This document shows, one piece after another, positions 52,640-62,278 of a DNA stretch of 64,000 bases. The position numbers were made by a program, and so were the translations under genes. Every line of letters begins with the position of its first letter. The stretch's first letter is position 1. Origin of the DNA: Candidatus Zhuqueibacterota bacterium (GTDB lineage Bacteria; Zhuqueibacterota; Zhuqueibacteria; Thermofontimicrobiales; Thermofontimicrobiaceae); assembly GCA_049322915.1 (NCBI GenBank), contig JBMOPW010000003.1, positions 64,001 through 128,000 of the forward strand. The letters are read 5' to 3'. Below the pieces are notes generated by a model. It was not told where the DNA came from. It did not search any database and saw only the letters and a list, made by a program, of their open reading frames with translations.

Positions 52640-53545
52640 TTATACCACCTCACTCCCTTCAACCGGCCCGATCTTCGCCATAATCGAATCGAATTTGATG
52701 CGGTGCAAGTGCAAGCCCACTTCTTCAGGTGAAAATCCCTGGGCCAATCCCAAAAGCTGGCAAAAATAAATCACCGGCAAATTGAACTCCCGGTTCATCT
52801 TTCGGGAAATCATAATCTGTCCCATATCGAACGAATTGAAACAGGTGGGACAAATCAATCCCATGCAATCAGCCTGAACCGATTCCATGGAAGCGAAAAT
52901 TTCGTATGTCATTTCCAGGGGCATGTCGGCGTCCATACAGCCCTTGCCGCAGCAGAGGAGCTTTTCACTATGCGTGAGCGGCGTTGCGCCCAGCGCTGCA
53001 ATGAGATTTTCCAGCAGGTTGGGATAGTCCGCGTCGTCGATGGCCATTATCTGGCTCGGCTTCAGCAAATGACAGCCGTAGTGAATGCCCACTTTCACCC
53101 CGGTCAGCGGCCGCTTCACCGACGCCCTGATCGGCTCGATGCCGAGATCATCGCGCATCATCACCACAATGTGCTTCACCTTACCGGTGCCCTTGTACTC
53201 GCGATTGACCCGCTTCAACCGGCGGTTCACTACCTCGCGGAGTCCCTCATCTTCGGCCAGCATGAACCGCGCCTCCTGCAACGTGGATGTGCAGCCGCTG
53301 CACATGGTAATCACATCCAGGCCGGCATCTTCGGCGATGCACAGATTTCTCGCGGCAATGGTGAGCCACTGGACTTTATCGCGCGCCTTGAAATAGATGG
53401 GATCCGGGCAGCAGGTGAACCCGTCCAGGTCGACCAGTTCCACGCCGATGGGTTCCATGGTTTTTCGCACCGACAGTTCCATTTGCGGGTATTTCGCCGG
53501 AATCATGCAGCCCCAGAATGGCGCCACACGCAGTTTTTTCGCCAT
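52640..53545 (-). CDS. hdrB: Heterodisulfide reductase subunit B
   Basis: Two CCG domains: FWGC, TCCPDP, CSGC, HYGCH, CCGKG and CPTC. Confidence 0.92.
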   Translation of the reverse strand: MAKKLRVAPFWGCMIPAKYPQMELSVRKTMEPIGVELVDLDGFTCCPDPIYFKARDKVQWLTIAARNLCIAEDAGLDVITMCSGCTSTLQEARFMLAEDEGLREVVNRRLKRVNREYKGTGKVKHIVVMMRDDLGIEPIRASVKRPLTGVKVGIHYGCHLLKPSQIMAIDDADYPNLLENLIAALGATPLTHSEKLLCCGKGCMDADMPLEMTYEIFASMESVQADCMGLICPTCFNSFDMGQIMISRKMNREFNLPVIYFCQLLGLAQGFSPEEVGLHLHRIKFDSIMAKIGPVEGSEVV

Positions 53546-53705
53546 AGTTACCTCGTAGTAACGGTATTATTTCAGGATAAGTTATATTTTATTAAAATCA
53601 CAAATTTCAAATAAATGCGCTGCAGGACGCATCTGCCTTCGGCATGATTTCAATTTCAAAATAGCAGGGTCCAAACTTGAATATCAACTGAATATTGAAA
53701 ATAAT

Positions 53706-53914
53706 GTATCTGCTCAGCCTCAAAGACTCAAAAACTCGAAGTTAAATTTATTAGTTTGATTCTATATTCAAGGCCTAACAAATTCGAAAATTAACTTTGC
53801 CTTCCTTCATGTTCTATTGAACTCCCTTCTCCCTGTGGGAGAAGGGCCGGGGATGAGGGAAAGAATTATTACATTATTTTTAATTCTATTGAAGTCAAGC
53901 TGAGTAATAGTTAC
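53706..53914. mobile_element. MITE with IS66-like ends
   Basis: Ends GTATCTGCTCAGC / GCTGAGTAATAGTTAC. The 8 bp flanks AAAATAAT and AAAATACT match at 7 of 8. Confidence 0.6.
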
Positions 53915-54037
53915 AAAATACTCTAAAACATTTCAGTGAATGAACATATTTGTTTGTAATTTGGTTCTTTATCTTTTGAAATTTATTTGATATTTGGATA
54001 TTGTCATTTTTATTTTTCTACACATATTGGATACAAT

Positions 54038-54505
54038 TTAGGGTTCGATGATTTTCTGCAACTCACTCACATCGATGTCCTTCAATTCCGGCAAGCCCAA
54101 ATCTTTCCTGCGGCGATTCACCGTGCTGGTAATCACCACGCTGCGCCCGGTTTTTATCAGCGCATCGGAAAATTTGTTGATGTCATCCGGCAGAACGCCA
54201 TCCTCGGCGCAGAGATTTTTCAGCGCGATGATCACTTCCACCGGCCGTACATCCTGGGGACACCGCTCATAACAACTGTAACAATTGGTGCATTTCCAGA
54301 TAATGGAATCCGGCCGAATCAAATCCTCTTCTTCGCCAAGCAGTGTTTTAAGCATAATATCCCGCGGATTGAAATCTTCCGAAAACCGCGCTGCCGGGCA
54401 CACAGCCACGCACGAACCGCACTGGTAGCAGTAATTGTGGTGCTTGCCCCCAACAATTTTATTCAACCGCTCCCGAAATTCAAAACTAAGTTTTTTCTGA
54501 GTCAT
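54038..54505 (-). CDS. hdrC: Heterodisulfide reductase subunit C
   Basis: CYQCGSCVAVCP and WKCTNCYSCYERCPQ. Adjacent to hdrB. Confidence 0.92.
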   Translation of the reverse strand: MTQKKLSFEFRERLNKIVGGKHHNYCYQCGSCVAVCPAARFSEDFNPRDIMLKTLLGEEEDLIRPDSIIWKCTNCYSCYERCPQDVRPVEVIIALKNLCAEDGVLPDDINKFSDALIKTGRSVVITSTVNRRRKDLGLPELKDIDVSELQKIIEP

Positions 54506-54612
54506 AGTAAGCCTTTGGTGATTGGTTTACTGGTTATTTGTGATTGGTCTGACGTGTACATTAACGACTCAATATATTTATCTAAAAGCTGGTAATATCT
54601 AATTGCCAAACG

Positions 54613-55887
54613 CTATCGCAACAACACCATTTTTTTCACATCCACGAATTCACCCGACTGCAAAATATAAACATACACCCCTGAAGCGACAAAGGAACCG
54701 TTCTCATCACAACCATCCCATCGTAAAGTATAATTTCCTGCCTGTTTCACTTCTCTTACAAGCGTACGTATTTTCTGCCCGAGCTGGTTATAAACCATTA
54801 GTGTGGTTTGCCCAGGTACAGGAAGTTGAAAACGGATTTCGGTTCCAGAATTAAATGGATTTGGAAAGTTTTGATGGAGAACAATAGTTTCATTCAATTG
54901 TGATTTCTTAACATTGTATTTCACCTTAGAGACTGTTGTGTCTAAGTATACACTTAATCCATTTATATTTTTGAACCAGATTGCTCCTTTTTTATCTACA
55001 TAGAAAGCTTGCGCGTCATTGCCCAAAACACCTTCTAAAGTTAGATGCTCCCACTGCCGACCATCAAACCTAGAAAATTTTTTTTCTGTAGAGCCATAAG
55101 AAGCCCAAATATAATAAAAGGAATCGATAATGACACTAACATAATTAGATAATAGCCCATCACTTACAGTATACACTTGTACGTTATTCCCATCATAAAT
55201 TCCTAAACCTCTTCCATTAGTACCGAACCAGAGACGATCATATTTATCAAAACTAAAGCTATATGCCGTCCACATCAAGTCTCCCCATAAATAGCTGTTA
55301 ATATCTGAAAGACCATTTGTATGTCCAATAAAAAGTTTACCTTTTCGGTCTACACCAAACTCTAAAATTGGATCATATATGGTTGTGCCAGGAACGTAGA
55401 AAGGATGCCATTGCAACCTGTCGAACCAATATGCCCAGTTAGCCATAGAACCGGCCCATATATAACCTGAGGAATCAACTCCTAAACTTTGAATCCAGGT
55501 ATCTTTTTCATTTCCAGAAGGATTGTAATAAGTAAATGTGGAATCGTCATACTTGACCACATATTCCTTAGTAGGGTTGCTCATTGCTACGCCAACAAAC
55601 CATTTATTATTTTCTTTATCTACAACTATTTGATTTTTGAAAAACATTGTACTATCCCAAACAGTTGAATCCACCAAAGTATGCCAGATACCGTTCGTAT
55701 CTAATTGGCACACAGCATTATCTGTCGCAAACCAGTAATTGCCGTATTTATCCTGTGTCATATCAAAAACCACACCTGGCAGTTCATCGGTGTAATACGT
55801 CCACACACCTTGCGCTATGCAAATAGATATTTTAAAAAATAGCGAAATGATTACTATCATGAGATATTTATTTATCCGTCTTTTCAT
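54613..55887 (-). CDS. Secreted beta-propeller (two-component regulator propeller repeats) protein with a FlgD/T9SS-like C-terminal domain
   Basis: Signal peptide, repeated D..G..WF motifs and C-terminal QNFPNPFN...WDG..ASGVY. Visibly AT-rich. Confidence 0.85.
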   Translation of the reverse strand: MKRRINKYLMIVIISLFFKISICIAQGVWTYYTDELPGVVFDMTQDKYGNYWFATDNAVCQLDTNGIWHTLVDSTVWDSTMFFKNQIVVDKENNKWFVGVAMSNPTKEYVVKYDDSTFTYYNPSGNEKDTWIQSLGVDSSGYIWAGSMANWAYWFDRLQWHPFYVPGTTIYDPILEFGVDRKGKLFIGHTNGLSDINSYLWGDLMWTAYSFSFDKYDRLWFGTNGRGLGIYDGNNVQVYTVSDGLLSNYVSVIIDSFYYIWASYGSTEKKFSRFDGRQWEHLTLEGVLGNDAQAFYVDKKGAIWFKNINGLSVYLDTTVSKVKYNVKKSQLNETIVLHQNFPNPFNSGTEIRFQLPVPGQTTLMVYNQLGQKIRTLVREVKQAGNYTLRWDGCDENGSFVASGVYVYILQSGEFVDVKKMVLLR

Positions 55888-55954
55888 CTTTGCACCTGAC
55901 ATGATAATTCTAAACTCTGCGCAGAGGAGTGTTTCCCAGGGGAAACCTTTATTA

Positions 55955-57100
55955 TTATTCAACCACCAACTGCGAAACCAACGTCACCAAATCTTTAATC
56001 TCCAGATTCACTTCTTTTTTCAACTGCTCATCCTGAAGCGCGCATTTGTAGTGGATTTCACATTTGGGGCAGGCGGTGATCATCATGTCCGCGCCGGCGC
56101 GTTTCGCTTCGCGAAACCGGTTCGCCTGAATGGTTTTGGCGACAGCGCCGCAGGTGAGCCAGTTGCCCACGCCGCAGCAGGTCGCTCTTTTCCCGCTCTT
56201 TTCCATTTCCACAAATTCGATATTCGGTATCGCGTCGATGACCGATCGCGGAGCTTCGTATACGCCCATGTGCCGACCCAACCGGCAGGGATCGTGGTAG
56301 GTGACCGGGATTTTCATCTCCTTAAATTTTATGGATTTATTTTTCACCTGCTCATCTAACATTTCCAAAATATGAACCACTTTAAAACCGAGTTTCCCGA
56401 AATAAAAGGGATATTCCTGGGAAAACGTCTGATACCCCTCCGGGCAGGAAAACACCACGGTTTTGGCGCCGGCCTCCTCGATCAGTTTGAGATTGTGTTC
56501 TGCCAACCGTTTGAAATTATCCAGGTCCCCGCTCCACAGCATATCGTGGCCGCAGCATCGCTCATCCGGCAGCACCACCGGGGCAACGCCCATTTTATTC
56601 AAAAGCTGAATCGCGCCTTGTGTTGAGCCAACCGATTCCACGTTCAACTCGGAAAAATAGATATCAAAATAGGGCGCGCAACCGACAAAATACAGCACGT
56701 CACCTTTCTTGGCGATTTTCAAATCTTTGGACAGCCAGTCCATGCGGTTCTGTTTCAGCTCTTTGGCGGTCATGATGCGCATGAGCGACTGGAACGCGCC
56801 GCCGTGACTGCACTCTGCTTTTTGGCCGGTGTTCATGGAAATGGACCGAACGTCCCGCATAAACGTGATGTAATCGATTTGGGAGGGACACCGCGTCTGG
56901 CACAGTCCGCAGGTTAAGCACTCCCAGAGCGATTTATCGTGGTACAATGTTTCCTGGTCTTTTAACACGCACTGCATGAGCATGGAACGCGGCGAGAAGC
57001 TATGGTTGATCTTGGCGACAGGGCAGTTTCCGGTGCATTTTCCGCAGTCGAGGCAGTGATAGGCCCTGGTTCGTCTGATTATTTCGCCGATAGTGTTCAT
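55955..57100 (-). CDS. HdrD-like Fe-S oxidoreductase (two 4Fe-4S motifs plus two CCG domains)
   Basis: Motifs CLDCGKCTGNCP, CLTCGLCQTRCP, ERCCG, YHDPCRLGR, CCG and TACPKC. Confidence 0.9.
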   Translation of the reverse strand: MNTIGEIIRRTRAYHCLDCGKCTGNCPVAKINHSFSPRSMLMQCVLKDQETLYHDKSLWECLTCGLCQTRCPSQIDYITFMRDVRSISMNTGQKAECSHGGAFQSLMRIMTAKELKQNRMDWLSKDLKIAKKGDVLYFVGCAPYFDIYFSELNVESVGSTQGAIQLLNKMGVAPVVLPDERCCGHDMLWSGDLDNFKRLAEHNLKLIEEAGAKTVVFSCPEGYQTFSQEYPFYFGKLGFKVVHILEMLDEQVKNKSIKFKEMKIPVTYHDPCRLGRHMGVYEAPRSVIDAIPNIEFVEMEKSGKRATCCGVGNWLTCGAVAKTIQANRFREAKRAGADMMITACPKCEIHYKCALQDEQLKKEVNLEIKDLVTLVSQLVVE

Positions 57101-57210
57101 AAATTAACTCCCTGAATGAGCGATGGTAGAGTTTGTATTTTAAAAGCGGTCAGCCTTCAGCAGTCAGCTTTCAGCTTTTTGATCGTTCTGGTCAATCTGA
57201 CTCCCAACGA

Positions 57211-57711
57211 TTAAGAAGTGGCTGCGGCCTCCGGTTCCAGCTTCACTTCAGAATCCGATTGGCCTCTCAACGGACTGGGACCGAGGTCCTTGACGTGCGA
57301 AATCATTTCGGTCACGATATTGGCGAACTTCTGGGATTCCGCCGCTGAAATTTGCTCCAGCCGCACGCGCTGTTTTTCGACACCAACGAGGTGCAGCATC
57401 TTTTCCACTTTTTCGAAATTCTCCGCCGCCCGGCGGGCGCCAAACATGTAATGGCAATCAGCAAAGTGTCACGTGGCCACTAAAACGCCATCCGCACCCA
57501 GCTCGAACGCTTTGATGATGAACGCCGGATTGATGCGTCCACCGCACATGACGCGGATGATTCGCACGTTTGGCGGATATTGAAACCGATTCACCCCGGC
57601 GCCGTCCGCGGCCGGGTAGCTGCACCAGTTGCAGCAGAACGCGACCAGTTTGGGGTCGTAATCGTCCTGCTGTTTCGTCGTCTTTTTCCGGGTCTTGGTT
57701 TTTCCTGTCAT
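57211..57711 (-). CDS. mvhD: MvhD/FlpD [2Fe-2S] subunit; predicted selenoprotein (Sec81, TGA at 57469-57471)
   Basis: In-frame [19 protein letters not shown], with CCNWCSY and RVMCGGR. The paralogous domain in this window has Cys at this position ([11 protein letters not shown]). Confidence 0.9.
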
Positions 57712-57801
57712 GAAAAGTCGCCTTCTTAAATGAGTCTCATTCGCAAGCCTTAAAAGGCTTAACGTATTTGATTTGATATTGTTATCCACGCCAAAAATGA
57801 C

Positions 57802-58035
57802 GTAGCTATTCATTGAAAAAGCTAAAAGTCAGACACCTTGAATAGCCCCGACTTTTAAGTCGGGGAACAGAAAGTCACCTTTGATTTTTGGGCGTTAGCT
57901 CCTTTTTAGCGTCGAATTATTCTGAGACTGTGCAATTCAGTTTCATTTTTAAAACCAAATTCAGCATTTCAGAATCGATCATTTTGACAATTTCTTTTTC
58001 TGTGCGCCTTTGAGACTCTGAGGCTGGATAGTTAC
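57802..58035. mobile_element. MITE with IS66-like ends carrying a REP-like palindrome
   Basis: Ends GTAGCTATTCA / TGGATAGTTAC match at 9 of 11. Internal palindrome CCCCGACTTTTAAGTCGGGG (57846-57865). No clear target duplication. Confidence 0.45.
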
Positions 58036-58186
58036 CAAAATTTCAATCGCCAAAACTGCTTGAAAATTGGCTTTTGAAATTTTAAATTTATCTGTTATTT
58101 GCTTTTTTGAGTTTTGTTTTTTCCCGCCTGCAAGTCTCAAAGACTCGAAATTATAAAACAACATTCGAGTCTTCGCGGTGAAAAAG

Positions 58187-61100
58187 CTATTCATTAAAGA
58201 TCGCTTCCATCTGCGCTTCAATCTGGTCATTCGTGAAATGGCGAATATCAATCGCGCCGGTGGGACAGACTGCTGCGCAACTGCCGCAACCCTTGCACAG
58301 CGCTTCATTCACAAGCACGGCCATGCCGCCGTCAGGTGTCTCTTTCAGCGTCAGCGCATTGAATTCGCAGACCTGCACACAGCGGCCGCAGGCGCGACAG
58401 AACCGCGTATTGGCCGTTGACACAATGGGCTCCAGCGTAATCGTGTCCTCGGATAGCAGCGCCGACACTTTGGCCGCAACTGCCGAAGCCTGGGAAATCG
58501 AGTCCGCAATATCCTTGGGACCCTGGGCGCAGCCGCAGAGGAAAACCCCCTCCATGGAAGTCTCCACCGGTCCCAACTTGGGATGCCGCTCCATGAAGAA
58601 GCGGTCGGAACTGCGATGAATTTTCAGTAAATTCACGAGGGTATCGCTCTCTTTTTCATCCGGCACCATGCCCAGAGATAAAATGACCGCATCCACCGGG
58701 TACTCCACAATGTCGCTGTTCTGCTTGTTCGGCAATGTCAGTGACGACACTTTTTTCTTGCCATTGAATTGCGGCGGGTTATTTTTTTCATACGGAATGA
58801 ACAGCACGCCGGCGCCGCGCGCCTCGCGATACATTTCTTCTGCGCCGCGGCTGTACACGCGCACATCGCGATGAAATACCATCACCTGAATACCCATCTT
58901 TCGCAGGGCAAGGGACTGTTTGATCGCAGCCTGACAGCAATAGCGGGAGCACCCCGGATTGCCCTTTGGCCCGCGCGAGCCCACGCACTGAATAAATGCC
59001 ACTGTTTTCGGTTTCTTCCCGTCGACTTCCAGGTATTCGCCGCGGGAGATGAGGCTTTCGAAATACTCATTGGTGAACACATTGGAAAAAATGCCGTAAC
59101 CAAATTCGCCCCGTTCCGGCATGTAAAGATTGGAACCAATGGCCACGACAATGGCGCCGACTTTGATCGGCTCTGGCGTCATACCAGGGTCATCGTGCGT
59201 CGCCAGGTGCACTTCAAAATTACCCACAAAACCGTGCACCTGCTTTACCTCCGTGGAGGTGTGAACCATGACGCCCAGCCTGTTCAACTCTTTGATTTTA
59301 TCGGCTATTAAATCCTCGCCCGAATTGAAACCGGGGTACAACGTGGAAAGGCATCGCACGCGTCCGCCCAGCTCTTTCTTTTTTTCGATGAGACTGACAT
59401 GAAATCCTTTTCCGGCCAGGTCGATGGCCGCCTGAATTCCTGCCACACCACCGCCGATGATCAGCGTATCATGATTGACCCGCAATTTACGTATTTCCAG
59501 CGGCGTGAGCAGACGCGCTTTGGCCACGCCCATGCGCACCAGATCTTTGGCTTTCTGCGTGGCTTCCCGGGGATTGTGTTGATGCACCCAGGAGCACTGG
59601 TCGCGGATGTTCACCATTTCGAACAGGTAGGGATTCAGGCCCACTTTGGCAAGGCTCGCCTGAAAAATCGGTTCGTGTGTTTTGGGAGTACAGGCGGCCA
59701 CCAATACGCGGTTCAATCTGTGTTCAAATATTTTTTTCTGAATATCGGTCTGGGTGCTGGCGGCGCACGCGAACATTGTCTCTTCGCACAGAACAACGTT
59801 CTTCAATTTCCGGGCATACTCCGCCACAGCCGCCACATCCACCACACCGGAGATATTGATGCCGCAGTGACAGACGAACACGCCAATGCGCGGCTCCCCG
59901 CTGATTTTCACCTGCGGGATGACCTCCTCGACCCGCTGAATTTTGTGATCCAACACATGCCGGGCAGCCCGAACCGCTGCCCCGGAGGCGTCGGCAATGG
60001 AATCCGTGATGTCCTTGGGACTGATGGCGCATCCGGCGAGGTAGACGCCCTCGCGCGTTGCATCAAGTGGAATTCCGCAGGGATCGCTCTGTTTGAAAAA
60101 TCCGTCCCGGTCGATCTCTATCCCCAGCACATCGCCCAGTTGGCGGCTGCCCTCCGATGGCGTCAACGCCGATGAAAGCACGACCACGTCGAACGCCTGC
60201 TTTTCAATTTTACCGGTCTCTGTATTTTCAAAGACAACGACCGATTTGCCAGTCCCTGGATCGTCCACCACCTTGGACGGTTTGGCTTTCACAAAGTGCA
60301 GTTTTTTGATATTGGCAGCGCGCTCGAAAAACTCCTCGAAGCCCTTGCCAAACGCGCGAATATCGATGTAAAAAATGGTCAAGTCCGAATTCGGGTAATG
60401 CTCGTGAATGAGCATGGCGTCTTTCATGGCGTTCATGCAGCAGATGCGGCTGCAATATTGAATATCCCGCTTGATATTGCGCGAACCGACGCACTGGATG
60501 AATGCGATGGTTTTCGGTGTTTTACAGTCTGTGAATTTGACAAGTTCGCCGCGGGTGGGACCGCTGGCCGAGAGGATTCGCTCAAGTTCCATGCTAGTCA
60601 CCACGTTCTGAAATCGGGTGTAGCCCAATTCGCTCGCTTCGCGCGGGTCATAGTAGTCGACGCCGGTGCTGACGATGATGGAACCGACATTCTTCTCCAC
60701 AATCTGGTCGCGCTCATCATAATCGATGCAGTTTTTCTCGCACGCGTCCGCGCATTTGGAGCAGGCCAGGGGGAGAGTTCCGAGGCAATCTTTTTCATAA
60801 CGGATGTAGGCAGAAGGGACAGCCTGCGGGAAGGGGGTGAAAATCGCTTTGCGGGTGCCCAGTCCGATTTCGAATTCATTGGGCACCGTCACCGGGCAGA
60901 CTTTGGCGCACTCGCCGCAGCCGGTGCATTCATCGATATTGACGAACCGCGCTTTTTTCAAAATTCTGACGTTGAAATCACCGGCCTTACCTGTGACTTC
61001 GAGGACAACGCTGTTGGTGAATAGCTGAATATTGGGATGCCGACCGACATCCATCATTTTTGGACCGAGAATTCAGATGGCGCAGTCCATAGAGGGAAAG

Positions 61101-61240
61101 GTCTTATCGAGCTGCGCCATCTTCCCTCCGATGCTCGGTTCGCGCTCCACTAAATAAACCTGGATTTGCGAATTGGCCAAATCCAGCGCCGCCTGCATGC
61201 CGGCGATACCGCCGCCGATTACCAGTACGCCTTTGTTCAC
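58187..61240 (-). CDS. hdrA: Large tandem HdrA-like flavoprotein; predicted selenoprotein (Sec56, TGA at 61073-61075)
   Basis: GTG start after GGAGG. In-frame [22 protein letters not shown]. Two FAD-binding HdrA modules plus ferredoxin motifs. Confidence 0.9.
61035..61052 (-). promoter_or_regulatory. Candidate bacterial SECIS element (tandem hdrA)
   Basis: 7 bp stem GGATGTC-GGTC-GGCATCC with one G-U pair. Loop is 27 nt after the UGA, the same as in the other hdrA. Confidence 0.75.
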
Positions 61241-61504
61241 GGATTTCCTCCACAATGTGTCTGCGGATCGTTTAAATATTGCTTTTCAATTTTGGTTGCA
61301 TCGTTGCTGGAAATAGAATCACTTTGCTGTCAGACGAACGGACTACCTGGCCGATCATCGACGAATCGAGCGCGCTGCTTGTCATTTCGATCATCCAAAT
61401 CAAGGGCATGAATCGAAGAAAGCCGGTTCCCGCATTCGCCAACCCATGCGGTGATCAGGCCAATTACATCTCGACTCGCCGGCTCAGCAGCGTCCGTGCT
61501 TTTT

Positions 61505-62059
61505 CTAATTTTTTACCTGAAACTGCTCCATGCCGAAGTCATAACCCTTATCGAACGCCTTCAGATTGAGCTCTTCAGTGCCTTTGGGCACCGATAATTC
61601 CACGGTCTTGCGGACCGAATCCTTGTCAACAACCTTACATACAGCCGTAAAGAATCCCAGCATCACGATATTCAGGACAATCTTTCGACCGATCTCCTCG
61701 GCCAGTCGAGTCGCTGGCACTTTGTACACCGTGATTTTGTCCCGAACCTGAACGTCCTTGACCAGGTCTTCATCAACCAGCAGGATGCCGTCATTCTTCA
61801 ATTCAGGCTCAAATTTGGTGTACGCTTCCTGTGACATGGAAATTAAAATATCAGGTCTGGTCAGATAGGGATAGAGAATTTTTTCATCCGAAACAATGAC
61901 CTGCGCGCTGCATGCGCTGCCGCGCGCTTCCGGCCCGAAACTCTGGTTCAGCGTGGCATGTTTACCAGCCTGAATTGCCGCCGCCTTGCCGATGAGATAG
62001 CCGCACAAAATGACGCCCTGTCCACCAAATCCGGTGACGCGTATTTCAGTTTTTGCCAT
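61505..62059 (-). CDS. korC: 2-oxoacid:ferredoxin oxidoreductase gamma subunit
   Basis: Motifs GFGGQG, FGPEARG and NIVMLG. GGAGGA RBS. Confidence 0.9.
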   Translation of the reverse strand: MAKTEIRVTGFGGQGVILCGYLIGKAAAIQAGKHATLNQSFGPEARGSACSAQVIVSDEKILYPYLTRPDILISMSQEAYTKFEPELKNDGILLVDEDLVKDVQVRDKITVYKVPATRLAEEIGRKIVLNIVMLGFFTAVCKVVDKDSVRKTVELSVPKGTEELNLKAFDKGYDFGMEQFQVKN

Positions 62060-62090
62060 TATTTTTATTCCTCCTCGGAGAGAGTTTTTC

Positions 62091-62258
62091 GCCTCGAAGG
62101 CGCCAGGACTCGAAGGAAAACATTTTGTATTGAAAAAAAATTGTTCGGCGTTTTTGCAAAATTTCACTGGTAGTGCTATTCGATTTTCGCCGCTGGAGTT
62201 TCAATAATTTTTTATTGCCATGCCTGTTTTTCTTTTCGAGTCTTAAAGTCTTCGTGGC
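62091..62258. repeat. Intergenic imperfect inverted-repeat element (GACTCGAA family)
   Basis: GCCTCGAAGGCGCCAGGACTCGAAGGAAAA ... TTTTCTTTTCGAGTCTTAAAGTCTTCGTGGC. Related motifs at about 14200-14511, 53717-53740 and 58005-58180. Confidence 0.6.
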
Positions 62259-62278
62259 AATCATCTATCAAACTAAAA

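Noticed and set aside
54590..57900. Integron attC-like sites around the inserted propeller gene (GCGTTTGGC, GCGTTAGC)
   Set aside because: There is no properly paired RYYYAAC/GTTRRRY box with L boxes, and no integrase in the window.
52337..58186. CRISPR array among the intergenic repeats
   Set aside because: The repeats are short, degenerate and inverted, without constant-length repeat-spacer periodicity, and no cas genes are present.
49847..61255. hdrA and mvhD as pseudogenes or as six separate small genes
   Set aside because: Each break is one in-frame TGA at a Cys-equivalent position, with intact sequence on both sides and a downstream hairpin. Selenocysteine explains all three.
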